A DNA stretch of 64,000 nucleotides, from positions 52,285 through 116,284 of the IMG/VR virus record IMGVR_UViG_3300029610_000357. One strand, written 5' to 3'. The stretch's first letter is position 1, and each line of letters opens with the position of its first letter. Position numbers and translations under genes: made by a program. The stretch comes from a virus (taxonomy: Duplodnaviria > Heunggongvirae > Uroviricota > Caudoviricetes). The notes beneath the pieces are model-generated. The model saw only the letters and a list, made by a program, of their open reading frames with translations. It was not told the DNA's origin and searched no databases. Below are positions 27,872 to 37,097 of the stretch, piece by piece.

Positions 27872-28068
27872 TACATCGAAGATAAGTTGTTCTACATTTT
27901 TTTTGCAAGAGATATACTTGCTGATTTAATGAATTGTGTTTGAATCACTCACATAATCAGGAGAAAGGAGGCATAATCTCATCTCCTTCACTGGCAAGCC
28001 AGGAAGGACTTGATGAGATTACACTCCGCTGCGGCGTCATTGTGCCTCCATACTCCTGATCATGTTTG

Positions 28069-28088
28069 ATCATAAACCAATAGAGAAA
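28069..28088 (+). promoter_or_regulatory. conserved motif instance 4 (ATCATAAAccaATAGAGAAA), 62 nt upstream of the gene at 28150
   Basis: It follows the roughly 100-nt nested hairpin at 27958-28058. Confidence 0.5.
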
Positions 28089-28149
28089 TATATCACCTCA
28101 CAATGAGTTAAATCTGTAACTATTAATTTACATAGAAAAGGAGAAACAG

Positions 28150-28722
28150 ATGAAAGCGATTTTTAAAGGAGAAACGGTTGTAAGAACTAAATTAACATTA
28201 GATACTGGGCTTGAGAAATTAGATGGATCTGATGTTAGGTATTTTGTAAGAGAGCCTAAACTGATACATGAGTGTACGAATGAAGATTGGGGGATTGTGT
28301 TAGAAAAAGATCTTTCATTCAATAAGATTATGCTTATTAATTCTTATATCGATGAAGTAGTTTTAGATGGAATTACACTTGAGTTTCCAGATATTGTATA
28401 TCTTAATCTTGAAGAAGATAAAGTAATTTTTGAAGTTGGTGGTTCTTATACAATTAAAGATAAAGACGAGGAAGAGAAAATTGAAACATACCACAAGCTT
28501 ATGGAAGCTTACAATAAGCAAGTAAGAACTAGAGAAGAGAACGAAGATGATTGCTGTGGTTGTGGATTCTGCTCAAAAGAGGGTGACTTCTCTGGAGAGG
28601 AATATGATGAAATAAAAGGGTTCAATGAAGAGGACATTGAAAAGAAAGCAATGGATGATCTAGATGATCTAAATGAAATTCTTACAGCATTCTTTGGGGA
28701 TGTTCCGGGATTCAAGTGTTAG
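28150..28722 (+). CDS. acidic hypothetical protein with a C-terminal CCGCGFC cluster
   Basis: A 190-aa ORF preceded by AAAGGAGAAA. Confidence 0.5.
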   Translation: MKAIFKGETVVRTKLTLDTGLEKLDGSDVRYFVREPKLIHECTNEDWGIVLEKDLSFNKIMLINSYIDEVVLDGITLEFPDIVYLNLEEDKVIFEVGGSYTIKDKDEEEKIETYHKLMEAYNKQVRTREENEDDCCGCGFCSKEGDFSGEEYDEIKGFNEEDIEKKAMDDLDDLNEILTAFFGDVPGFKC

Positions 28723-28807
28723 TTAAAGATTGATATTGAGAGAGACACTTCGTATGAGGTGTCTCTTTTAGTATATAAATTTTTTAGAAAGGAGATGAAA
28801 AAGGAAG

Positions 28808-29596
28808 ATGGCAACAGAGTTTGACAAACGAATGAAAGCTTATGAATGTGTCTCAAGACAGTACTTAACAAGAAGAGTACCAGTTGCGATCAGAGTAGAT
28901 GGAAAGGCATTTCATACATTCACTAGAGGGTTTCAGAAACCGTTCGATGAAGTGCTTAGCAATGCAATGCAGGCCACAATGATGAAAATGTGTAGACAGA
29001 TTCAAGGTTGTGTGTTTGCTTACACACAGAGTGATGAAATTACATTTATTCTTATCGATTATCAGAAGCTAAATTCTGATGGCTGGTTTAACTACCGTAC
29101 TGATAAGATGTGTAGCATTGCAGCGAGTATGGCTACTATGGAGTTCAATAAGGTATTTAGTGCTTTTGTTTATGGATTTAAGGTAAACAAGGGAGAAGAC
29201 ATATCAAGTGAAGATATGGAAGTGCTTAAAGCCTATGAGAAATCTAAAGAACGTGGAGCTATGTTTGATGCTAGAGCATTTTCAATTCCAAAAGAAGAAG
29301 TTACGAATCTAATTTATTGGAGACAGCAAGACGCTATGAGGAATGCAGTTCAGATGGTTGGACAAGCATTTTATTCCCACAAAGAGCTTCAGGGTGTTAA
29401 TTGTGAGATGCTTAAAGAAATGTTACTGGCTGATAAGGGAATTGATTGGGATAAGATTCCTGTGAAATATCAGAGAGGTAGCTGTTGTGTCAAGGTTGAT
29501 GGTGAATGGACTATTGACAATAACATTTCTATCTTCAGAGGTAGTGACAGAGAGCAAATTGATAAGCTTGTGTTTGTTGAGAGTGAAGAGAACTGA
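28808..29596 (+). CDS. Thg1-like protein (tRNA-His guanylyltransferase family, 3'-5' nucleotidyltransferase)
   Basis: The N-terminus YLTRRVPVAIRVDGKAFHTFTRGFQKPFDEVLSNAMQATMMKM...AYTQSDEITFIL follows the Thg1 pattern (VRxDGxxFHxFS...KPND...GQSDE). Confidence 0.65.
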   Translation: MATEFDKRMKAYECVSRQYLTRRVPVAIRVDGKAFHTFTRGFQKPFDEVLSNAMQATMMKMCRQIQGCVFAYTQSDEITFILIDYQKLNSDGWFNYRTDKMCSIAASMATMEFNKVFSAFVYGFKVNKGEDISSEDMEVLKAYEKSKERGAMFDARAFSIPKEEVTNLIYWRQQDAMRNAVQMVGQAFYSHKELQGVNCEMLKEMLLADKGIDWDKIPVKYQRGSCCVKVDGEWTIDNNISIFRGSDREQIDKLVFVESEEN

Positions 29597-29665
29597 GCGT
29601 CTGATTAGACGTGCAGATATAGAAATGAACTGTCGCAGAGTTGCGACGGTTGGAAAGGAGAAGGG

Positions 29666-29827
29666 ATGGAAATAAAAGGTGACACTATAAAAACCGTAAA
29701 AGAAGTAAATCCAAGTAAGTTTGAAGAAGAAGTTTCTAATTTGATTAATAAAGGATACAAATTAGAAGCTTCTTCTTGTAATAGTACTTATTGGAAAGCT
29801 ATTTTAGTTTTAGAGAGAAAGGAGTAG
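29666..29827 (+). CDS. small hypothetical protein (53 aa)
   Basis: GGAAAGGAGAAGGG precedes the ATG. It is too short for the ORF track. Confidence 0.35.
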   Translation: MEIKGDTIKTVKEVNPSKFEEEVSNLINKGYKLEASSCNSTYWKAILVLERKE

Positions 29828-29829
29828 AG

Positions 29830-30573
29830 ATGAATGAAGTAGAAACAAAAGAGATCCCGTTTTATGGAGATACGCTTTTAGGTGTAAAAGATGAGGATGG
29901 AGAAGTTTGGTTGGCAATCAGAAGCACATGTATACAGCTAGGGTTTAATGAAAGACGAGCAAGGGCACAAAGAGAGAAAATTCAAGCTGACAAAGTCTTA
30001 TCCAAAGGTGGCCGAAATTTTGGCCTCCTTACAGCAGGGGGTAAACAAGAAACATTTTGCTTACATGAAACATATGTGCCACTTTGGTTAGCTAAAATTA
30101 CATTAACCAAAAAGATGGAAGAGGATATTCCCAATGTTGTTGAAAAGCTAGAAAGATATCAACTTGAAGCAAGAGATGTTTTACATAGGGAAATGTATGG
30201 CACAGAAGAACAGAAAGAAAAGCTTCACAATAACCTAGGTTTGCAAGGAGAGATTATACAACTAAAAGATGCTGTAGATTCTGTAACTGAACAGCTTAAA
30301 GATCAAACAGAGAGATTAGATTTAGTAATGAACAATATGACTATTGATACTAAAAAGCAGAGTCGTATTCAAAAGGCCGCAAAGGAAAGAGTAAGTGAAT
30401 TACTTGGTGGAGCTCATTCAGGACTGTATAAAGCTAAAGGTGCTTTGTATTTTGCAAATCTGTGGCATCAATTGAGATTAGAATTTGAATGTGGAACTTA
30501 TAAAGATCTTAGTCCAAACGATTTTGATGATGCTATGAGCTTTATTCAGAGTTGGACATATGTAGAAAGGTAG
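29830..30573 (+). CDS. antirepressor-like protein (N-terminal Ant/KilA-like domain + C-terminal ORF6C-like domain)
   Basis: The C-terminus KERVSELLGGAHSGLYKAKGALYFANLWHQLRLEFECG is paralogous to the C-terminus of the 36072 gene. Confidence 0.5.
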   Translation: MNEVETKEIPFYGDTLLGVKDEDGEVWLAIRSTCIQLGFNERRARAQREKIQADKVLSKGGRNFGLLTAGGKQETFCLHETYVPLWLAKITLTKKMEEDIPNVVEKLERYQLEARDVLHREMYGTEEQKEKLHNNLGLQGEIIQLKDAVDSVTEQLKDQTERLDLVMNNMTIDTKKQSRIQKAAKERVSELLGGAHSGLYKAKGALYFANLWHQLRLEFECGTYKDLSPNDFDDAMSFIQSWTYVER

Positions 30574-30584
30574 AGGGAAGAAAG

Positions 30585-31553
30585 ATGAGAACAATTACAA
30601 ATACACATACAGGAAAAATTATTTCTGATACAGATTTAACATTGGAATATCTTTATGTTGGAGATTATGGAAAAGAAAATAACATTAAAGCAGATTTTCT
30701 TGGATATAACAAACGTATTGAGAAAGTAGAACATAAACCTGTTAATGTAAAAGAAAAATTAGTTGTTACTGTTTCTTCCCAGAAAGGTTGTCCAATGCAT
30801 TGTAATTTCTGTGATTGTCCTAAGCTTGGATTTAAAGGAAATGCATCTTTAGCTGAGCTCATGGCTGAAATCACATCTGGAATCGCTTTATCTGGAGTAA
30901 AAGATGGAGAACGACTAAATGCGCATTATGCCAGAATGGGTGAACCTACATTTAATCCAAATGTAATTGTTTCTGCAAGACAGGTTGCTCTAATGTTGGC
31001 TGATCCTGATGGAGATATTCATTTTGATACATATCACCCTGTTGTTTCTACAATGATGCCAAAAGCAAATCAGAACTTGAAAGCGTTTTTATTCAAATGG
31101 ATAGCAACAGGTTTCCAATACGGTGGAGAAGATGGTTTCGGTCTTCAGTTTTCTATCAATACATTAGATGAAGAACAGCGAAATGAAATGTTTAGAGAAT
31201 GTTCTTTGTCGTTAGAAGAAATTGGAGCTATTATTGACGATCTTCCAATGCCAAAGAAACGCAAATATACATTAAATTTTGCAGTTACATCTGAAAGCAA
31301 CTTGGATGTTGATTTAATGAACAAGTATTTTGACAAAGAAAAGTGCATTGTTAAGATTACTCCAATTCATGAAACAGTTGAAGCTGTCGATGAAGGTTAT
31401 GAGATTGTTACAGATTTTGATGTTTATGAAAAATTTGAACAGCCTTTAGTAGAAGACGGTTGGGATGTAATTGTATTTGTTCCATCAAAAGAAGAAGATG
31501 CAGACAGAATTACATGTGGAAATTCATTGATTGCATTGAACAAAGATGAATAG
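30585..31553 (+). CDS. RlmN/Cfr-family radical SAM RNA methyltransferase
   Basis: LVVTVSSQKGCPMHCNFCDCPKLGFKGNASLAELMAEI aligns with the RlmN CxxxCxxC region, followed by MGEPTFNP. A C-terminal Cys sits in DADRITCGNSL (RlmN Cys355 equivalent). Confidence 0.65.
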   Translation: MRTITNTHTGKIISDTDLTLEYLYVGDYGKENNIKADFLGYNKRIEKVEHKPVNVKEKLVVTVSSQKGCPMHCNFCDCPKLGFKGNASLAELMAEITSGIALSGVKDGERLNAHYARMGEPTFNPNVIVSARQVALMLADPDGDIHFDTYHPVVSTMMPKANQNLKAFLFKWIATGFQYGGEDGFGLQFSINTLDEEQRNEMFRECSLSLEEIGAIIDDLPMPKKRKYTLNFAVTSESNLDVDLMNKYFDKEKCIVKITPIHETVEAVDEGYEIVTDFDVYEKFEQPLVEDGWDVIVFVPSKEEDADRITCGNSLIALNKDE

Positions 31554-31574
31554 AAAGGTAGAGGAAGTTTAGAA

Positions 31575-32450
31575 ATGTTAATGTTTTTTAGAGTGTTGTT
31601 AATTGTTGCAACCATTGTGTTAATTGTTGTTGGGTGTTTTGATTCCAATAAAGAGGAATCAAAGGAATCCAAGAAAGGTGCTTTATGGGCTTTAGTTCCT
31701 ATTGTGATTTTTGTACTTACATTGTGTGTTGTATATGTACCATCTAATAATGTAGGAATCCGTTGGTCAGCGTTCAGTGGAACTAGCAGCAAGACATTAA
31801 ACGAAGGAATTACATTCAAAAGTCCAATTGATAAGGTATTTCTTATTCCAACCACTGTAGAAGAGAGAACAATCAAAAACGTAAATGTGCAGACTAAAGA
31901 TGCACAGTTTGTCAGAGCTGAAGTGAATGTCAAGTTCCGTGTTAATCAGAAAGACGCCTTTAAGGTATACAAGAGATACACAACACTTGACAACCTAAAG
32001 CAGAATATCATTAGCAACTATGCACAGAAGAGTATTGAAACAGTTGTAACTCAGTACAATGTGATTGACACTCTTGGAGCTAAGAAAAATGAAATCTACG
32101 CCTTAGCTACAAAAGATTTACAGAACATGCTTAAAGATGAGGGTGTTGAGCTTGTGCAGCTGACTATCAAAGACATGAACGCAGGTAGTGAGATTGAAAA
32201 AGCGATCGCTGATGAGGCAGTTGCCAAGAAACGTGTAGAAACAGCAGAGCAGAATCGTCTTAAAGCTAAGAAAGATGCTGAGACTAAGGTAGTTAATGCT
32301 AAAGCAGAGGCAGATGCAAACAAAATCTTAGAGAAACAGTTGACAAATAAAATCTTAATTCAGCAGTGGATTGAGAAATGGAACGGAGAAGTTCCTAAAG
32401 TATCCGGAGATAGTAAATCTATGATTAATATTCAGGATCTCTTGAATTAG
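31575..32450 (+). CDS. SPFH/band-7 domain membrane protein
   Basis: An N-terminal transmembrane helix is followed by a band-7-like core and a Lys/Ala/Glu-rich coiled coil. Confidence 0.6.
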   Translation: MLMFFRVLLIVATIVLIVVGCFDSNKEESKESKKGALWALVPIVIFVLTLCVVYVPSNNVGIRWSAFSGTSSKTLNEGITFKSPIDKVFLIPTTVEERTIKNVNVQTKDAQFVRAEVNVKFRVNQKDAFKVYKRYTTLDNLKQNIISNYAQKSIETVVTQYNVIDTLGAKKNEIYALATKDLQNMLKDEGVELVQLTIKDMNAGSEIEKAIADEAVAKKRVETAEQNRLKAKKDAETKVVNAKAEADANKILEKQLTNKILIQQWIEKWNGEVPKVSGDSKSMINIQDLLN

Positions 32451-32481
32451 TATTAAGCCGGCTCGTAAGAGCTGGCATCTT

Positions 32482-32631
32482 GGGGACATAGCTTAATAGG
32501 TAAAGCAAAACTATATTTTTCCATAAAGAACTTAAAACTAAAATTTTCATATTAAATATAAACATTTTGTACCTCCCTATTGTAATAAAATAACACTTAT
32601 ATTTATGTGGGTTCGAGTCCCACTGTCCCCA
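32482..32631 (+). other. interrupted tRNA-like element: intact acceptor, D-arm and T-arm, separated by about 75 extra AT-rich nt
   Basis: The 5' end GGGGACA-TA-GCTTAATAGGTAAAGC and the 3' end GTGGG-TTCGAGT-CCCAC-TGTCCCC-A give a perfect 7-bp acceptor. About 100 nt sit where a roughly 22-nt anticodon arm is expected, and no anticodon stem is evident. Confidence 0.35.
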
Positions 32632-32672
32632 TTGTAGTTTTAAATAAGGAAGTAAAGAAAGGAAGTAGAAGT

Positions 32673-32912
32673 ATGTTAATTGTAAACCAGAAGAAATCTG
32701 AAGTCTATAATATACAGATGATGAAATGCTTGTATGTATCTCATTCTGGAGATTGGTTTTTTATCAACATGGATCTTTTAGGAGAAGAAAATGTAACCTT
32801 AGGGGATTTTAGTTCATATGAAAAAGCGAATGAGGTGTTACTTAAATTTGTAGATGAATATAAGAACCGTATTCCAGATCAGAATACGGTTTTTTACATA
32901 CCAGAAAAGTAA
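32673..32912 (+). CDS. hypothetical protein
   Basis: The internal Met, preceded by AAGGAAGTAGAAG, is a better start than the listed 32607. Confidence 0.4.
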   Translation: MLIVNQKKSEVYNIQMMKCLYVSHSGDWFFINMDLLGEENVTLGDFSSYEKANEVLLKFVDEYKNRIPDQNTVFYIPEK

Positions 32913-32922
32913 AGGTGAGGTT

Positions 32923-33390
32923 ATGAAGAAATTAGAATATAAAAAATATTATCATTTGATTTATAAAAGACGAAATGGAGACTTAACCTTGCAGCCATCA
33001 ACAATAGATTATGATGACTCAATGTGTCATGCAGAGGATATGTGCGAGTGTATGATATTCTGTGGGTTTTATGATAGTTGTCTAAATGTTGAAAAAGCAT
33101 GGAATACCATAAAGGAATTTGAAGGACAGAAGTTTACATGGAAAGATGTGGTAGAAATCAATGGAAAACACTATGCGGAGGAATTTCCAATTTCAGGGCT
33201 AATGGATAGTGAGGATGTTTATCAGATTGATGATTTCTTAGAGTCTGTTGGAAGGAAATATAATGTATATCCGGGAAACATTAAGACGTATATGATGGAC
33301 GGAATTGCTTTCGATCCTAAAGAAGTAGAGTTTGGTGCTGAAAGTTGCGGATGCTATATCAATGGAATTCCTGAAGAATGTTATGAGTAA
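32923..33390 (+). CDS. Cys-rich hypothetical protein
   Basis: The translation contains CHAEDMCECMIFCGFYDSC. AAAGGTGAGG precedes the start. Confidence 0.45.
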   Translation: MKKLEYKKYYHLIYKRRNGDLTLQPSTIDYDDSMCHAEDMCECMIFCGFYDSCLNVEKAWNTIKEFEGQKFTWKDVVEINGKHYAEEFPISGLMDSEDVYQIDDFLESVGRKYNVYPGNIKTYMMDGIAFDPKEVEFGAESCGCYINGIPEECYE

Positions 33391-33403
33391 AGGAGTGAAA
33401 GCA

Positions 33404-33460
33404 ATGGAAATGATTGAAATTGAGATTAAGCCAGAGACAAGAGAACAGTGCAATAATTAG
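33404..33460 (+). CDS. mini-ORF MEMIEIEIKPETREQCNN (18 aa) in the repeated leader
   Basis: A strong AAGGAG ribosome-binding site sits 7 nt upstream. A near-identical peptide (VIEIKSEIREQCNN, 33777-33821) precedes the radical SAM gene. Confidence 0.3.
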   Translation: MEMIEIEIKPETREQCNN

Positions 33461-33467
33461 AGAGGAG
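33414..33467 (+). repeat. leader repeat copy A (AGAGACAAGAGAACAGTGCAATAATTAGAGAGGAG)
   Basis: It is about 90% identical to 33783-33828. Both copies end at the ribosome-binding site of the next gene. Confidence 0.6.
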
Positions 33468-33472
33468 AATTT

Positions 33473-33772
33473 ATGAGCGTAAGGGAGCTTTTAGATAAAG
33501 TAATTGAGTTAAATGTAAAATTTTTAGAGAAACAGATAAAAGGGGAAATTGATCATAGCTTTAGAGATCCTGATACTATTTTAGCAGATCTTATGGATGA
33601 TCAAGACTTTGAAGTAAATGGAACAGCAATTGAATTGTTTTCAATTTACAGAGATCAAGAGAATGGACATGAGACTTTTAATGACATGTTCAGATTCTTT
33701 ACAGGAAAGGAATTCGAAGATTATTTGAAAGAGTGTAAAGAAGTTTTAGAGCATGAGATTGATCAAAACTAG
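33473..33772 (+). CDS. hypothetical acidic protein
   Basis: A 99-aa ORF. Confidence 0.45.
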   Translation: MSVRELLDKVIELNVKFLEKQIKGEIDHSFRDPDTILADLMDDQDFEVNGTAIELFSIYRDQENGHETFNDMFRFFTGKEFEDYLKECKEVLEHEIDQN

Positions 33773-33782
33773 AAGAGTGATC

Positions 33783-33828
33783 GAAATTAAATCAGAGATA
33801 AGAGAACAGTGTAATAATTAGAGAGGAG
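33783..33828 (+). repeat. leader repeat copy B
   Basis: See copy A. Confidence 0.6.
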
Positions 33829-33834
33829 GACACT

Positions 33835-34746
33835 ATGGATAGAACAGACCAAACAGCAATTATGGAATCCGATGCAGTAGATTTGAATCAGCTAAAACAC
33901 AAAATTTATCAAGAAGCAATTAGAGATATCGGCCAATCAGGATATGAAGCCCATATGCGTGATTTATTTGGTCGTCCAGTACTTGATTTTGCAAAAACAC
34001 TTGTTATAAATCTTCCGGGTTCCTGTTATGCAAATTGTCCTTATTGTATTGATAAAGGCTTACGCAAAAATGTTATGGACTATGATGATTTTCTCGAAAC
34101 ATGTGAGATTGTATTGAAAGAAAAACATGATTTTAATGAAGTTTCTATTACGGGAGGGAGTTTACCTTCTGACAAATTTAATGAGTTGATAGACATTATA
34201 CAGAAGTATTGTCCAGATGTAAAAATCACATGGAATACAAATGGGGCAAACATAAATAGTTCATACAACATATCGCACATTAAGTATATTAACCTACATA
34301 GAAATTCAGCAGATGATAAGACCAATAAAGAACTATTTTATACTGACACAGAAATCATATCCATTGAAGATTTTAAGCAGTTTGCTGAGAATAAGCTTTG
34401 TATAAGAGTAACTGTTGATAAGGATTTTGATATAGATGAGTATGTAAAATATAAAACCCCAATGTATCTTAATCGTTTGTTGCCAGGTAATACTGAGACA
34501 GAAAAGGTATTTAATAAGGTAAAAACAGCTATTAACATTACTGAAGATACCGATGTGCGTCGAAGAAATCATTACATAAATGGAATATATAAAGATATTC
34601 CTGTTAGATTATGTGTTGGAGATCATCTTGCAAAGCATGTACCCAATAAATATCCCGCATGGCTTAATGTAGTTATTATCCATCGTAGTGGAGTGGTTGC
34701 AGGGTCTTGGTATGAAGATGATAAGTTTTTATATAAAAGGAAGTAG
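33835..34746 (+). CDS. radical SAM protein (CxxxCxxC; subfamily unassigned)
   Basis: LPGSCYANCPYCIDKG contains the Cx3Cx2C cluster motif, and SITGGSLP is glycine-rich. Confidence 0.55.
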   Translation: MDRTDQTAIMESDAVDLNQLKHKIYQEAIRDIGQSGYEAHMRDLFGRPVLDFAKTLVINLPGSCYANCPYCIDKGLRKNVMDYDDFLETCEIVLKEKHDFNEVSITGGSLPSDKFNELIDIIQKYCPDVKITWNTNGANINSSYNISHIKYINLHRNSADDKTNKELFYTDTEIISIEDFKQFAENKLCIRVTVDKDFDIDEYVKYKTPMYLNRLLPGNTETEKVFNKVKTAINITEDTDVRRRNHYINGIYKDIPVRLCVGDHLAKHVPNKYPAWLNVVIIHRSGVVAGSWYEDDKFLYKRK

Positions 34747-34751
34747 TCAAA

Positions 34752-34988
34752 ATGAATAAATTACATGAACGTGCCTATTGTCAAGAATGTGGAAAGTTTG
34801 TTGAGTATGACATTCGTGATGAAATAGTAGAAGAGAACTTCCATGGAACTATAGTTCATTTCCCTTTTAAGGTTGGTCGCTGTAGAGAATGTGGAGCAGA
34901 GATTGCAACAGACAATGGATACAACTTTAGAAGAGGAGATGCAGTGTGGGAAGCTTATAAGAAACTGAAAGGAGAATTCATAAGATGA
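34752..34988 (+). CDS. zinc-ribbon protein
   Basis: The translation contains CQECG...CRECG. Confidence 0.45.
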   Translation: MNKLHERAYCQECGKFVEYDIRDEIVEENFHGTIVHFPFKVGRCRECGAEIATDNGYNFRRGDAVWEAYKKLKGEFIR

Positions 34989-35017
34989 GGTATCAGATGC
35001 GTACCTCATCTTTTTTC
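34985..35017 (+). terminator. rho-independent terminator
   Basis: The stem GATGAGGTA/TACCTCATC is followed by TTTTTTC. Confidence 0.7.
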
Positions 35018-35065
35018 TAACGTCGCAATTTGCGACTTTAGGCTATCAGAAAGGAAAATTTACAT

Positions 35066-35656
35066 ATGAGTAGAGTAAAAGAAATCAAAAAGCAGACAGA
35101 TAACAAGTTTTTGAATCTGTATGACTATACTGTGGTCGATAAGAATGGAAATGAGCATCCATATTATGTAGCTAGCAGACATAATGAAGAAGAGTTGGTA
35201 GCTAAAGTAGGAGAGCCTAAAGCAGACGCAGTGCTAATGTATGCTTATTATGGTGAGGAAAGAGATAAGTTGGTATTGATCAGACAGTTTAGATATCCAG
35301 TAAATGATTACATATATGAACTTCCTGCGGGTCTTGTAGATGAGGGAGAGACAGTTGTAGAAGCTGCAATTAGAGAAATGAAAGAAGAAACCGGTTTAGA
35401 CTTTAAGCCATGTGATGATATGTCTGGATTAAATAGACCGTGTTTTTCAAGTGCTGGTATGACAGATGAATGTGTTAGTACTGTGTATGGGATTGCAACT
35501 GGTGAGATTGATTTAAGTAAGTTAGAAGCGAATGAAGATTTGACAGTACAGATCGTAGATGTGGATGAAGCAGTGAGGATATTAGCAGAAGAGAAGTTGG
35601 GAATCAGGACTTATTATCTTCTATTGTTGTTTATTGCTGGGTCTAAGAATAGATAG
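35066..35656 (+). CDS. NUDIX hydrolase
   Basis: The Nudix box GLVDEGETVVEAAIREMKEETGL fits Gx5Ex7REUxEExGU. Confidence 0.7.
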   Translation: MSRVKEIKKQTDNKFLNLYDYTVVDKNGNEHPYYVASRHNEEELVAKVGEPKADAVLMYAYYGEERDKLVLIRQFRYPVNDYIYELPAGLVDEGETVVEAAIREMKEETGLDFKPCDDMSGLNRPCFSSAGMTDECVSTVYGIATGEIDLSKLEANEDLTVQIVDVDEAVRILAEEKLGIRTYYLLLLFIAGSKNR

Positions 35657-35669
35657 GAGCGAGTATATT

Positions 35670-36056
35670 ATGAGATGTTATGTAACAGGAAAAGCAAAAA
35701 CAACTGCAAATATGATAGCTATAGACTTTATTGAAGCTAGAAGAGGCGAGGAATTATTTGTCTTAGATTGGGATGAAACAGAATTAGGATTTGATACTGA
35801 TTGTGATGAACACGGATTTAAAAAGTTTTCAGGCAGACTAAAGGGAATTAAATTTAATGACCAGTATGCGAATGGTAAAATTGATGAAATTCGAGGAGCA
35901 CAATTATCTGATGTTCAGTTTTATATTCCAGATTGTACAAATACAGTAAAAGACATTAGCTTCGATAGTGTGCAGCTAGATGATGAAGGCGACTTATATG
36001 ATTTCTGCGTTGATAATCCGTATGAGAATATAATTTATACAATATGCCACGAATAG
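35670..36056 (+). CDS. hypothetical protein
   Basis: The internal Met, preceded by GGAGCGAG, was chosen as the start. Confidence 0.4.
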   Translation: MRCYVTGKAKTTANMIAIDFIEARRGEELFVLDWDETELGFDTDCDEHGFKKFSGRLKGIKFNDQYANGKIDEIRGAQLSDVQFYIPDCTNTVKDISFDSVQLDDEGDLYDFCVDNPYENIIYTICHE

Positions 36057-36071
36057 GAAGGAGATTTACAT

Positions 36072-36815
36072 ATGGCAGAGTTAGTTAAAGTAGAACAGAA
36101 ATCAGAATCAGATCAGTTACAACAGATGGTATTTGATAATGCTGATTTTGGAGAAGTGAGAACGGTTGTTATTGATGGTGATCCGTGGTTTGTTGGGAAA
36201 GATGTGGCCGAGTGTTTGGGTTATACGAATCCAAGTAAAGCATTGGCAGATCATGTTGATGACGATGATAAACTCAATAACAAAACGTTATCGAGTTTAG
36301 GACAACGTGGTGGCTGGCTTATCAACGAGTCAGGTATGTATGCATTGATCTTTGGAAGCAAGTTAGAGAAAGCGAGAGAATTCAAGAGATGGGTAACTTC
36401 AGAAGTGCTTCCAACATTAAGGAAAACAGGACATTATGAAGTTGCGGCGGATCAGAGTGTTAACCAACTTTTAGCAGAGTTTGGAGATTTTAAGGTTACA
36501 TATGTTCAGCAGATGGTCGAATTTAAAGACGCTTTAGAAAAGCAAACAAAGGCATTTGACAAGAGTATTTCAAACATGACTCTTTCAACAACTCAGCAAA
36601 ATAAAGTACATAGAGCAGTTAAAGATAGAGTGGGTTCACTGTTAGGTGGTGCCCACTCTGATTTATATAAAGAGAAAAGCAGAATGTATTTTGCTAATCT
36701 CTGGAATGATCTTAAGGCTGAGTTTGAGTGCGGTAGTAGATGGCAGGATCTGAATCCAGCTTATATGGAAGAAGCTATGAGTTGGATTAGATATTGGAAC
36801 TATGAAGGGAGATAA
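36072..36815 (+). CDS. Bro-N/ORF6N + ORF6C antirepressor-like protein
   Basis: The N-terminus is Bro-N-like: VIDGDPWFVGKDVAECLGY...SGMYALIF...KRWVTSEVLPTLRKTG. The C-terminus is paralogous to the 29830 gene. Confidence 0.6.
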   Translation: MAELVKVEQKSESDQLQQMVFDNADFGEVRTVVIDGDPWFVGKDVAECLGYTNPSKALADHVDDDDKLNNKTLSSLGQRGGWLINESGMYALIFGSKLEKAREFKRWVTSEVLPTLRKTGHYEVAADQSVNQLLAEFGDFKVTYVQQMVEFKDALEKQTKAFDKSISNMTLSTTQQNKVHRAVKDRVGSLLGGAHSDLYKEKSRMYFANLWNDLKAEFECGSRWQDLNPAYMEEAMSWIRYWNYEGR

Positions 36816-36818
36816 GTT

Positions 36819-37097
36819 ATGACCAATGAAATGAAAGAAATGAAAATCTGGATTTCACAGCGAGATAAGAAGTATAGATATATGTTGTTAGATCGTATGA
36901 GATCAGATTGTGAGTACTACTTAAACGGTCATAAATGTGTTAATCATTTGTGGAGCAAGACGGAAGAAGAACAGATTGATTATATGCTGTTCATTTGGGA
37001 TTTGTTCACAGAAAACGAAAAGCCTGAATGGTTAAGTAGAGAGCAGATCATTGAGTTTGGAAAAAGAATGGGAGTAGAGGTGAAAGAAAATGAGTGA
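36819..37097 (+). CDS. hypothetical protein
   Basis: A 92-aa ORF. Confidence 0.4.
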   Translation: MTNEMKEMKIWISQRDKKYRYMLLDRMRSDCEYYLNGHKCVNHLWSKTEEEQIDYMLFIWDLFTENEKPEWLSREQIIEFGKRMGVEVKENE

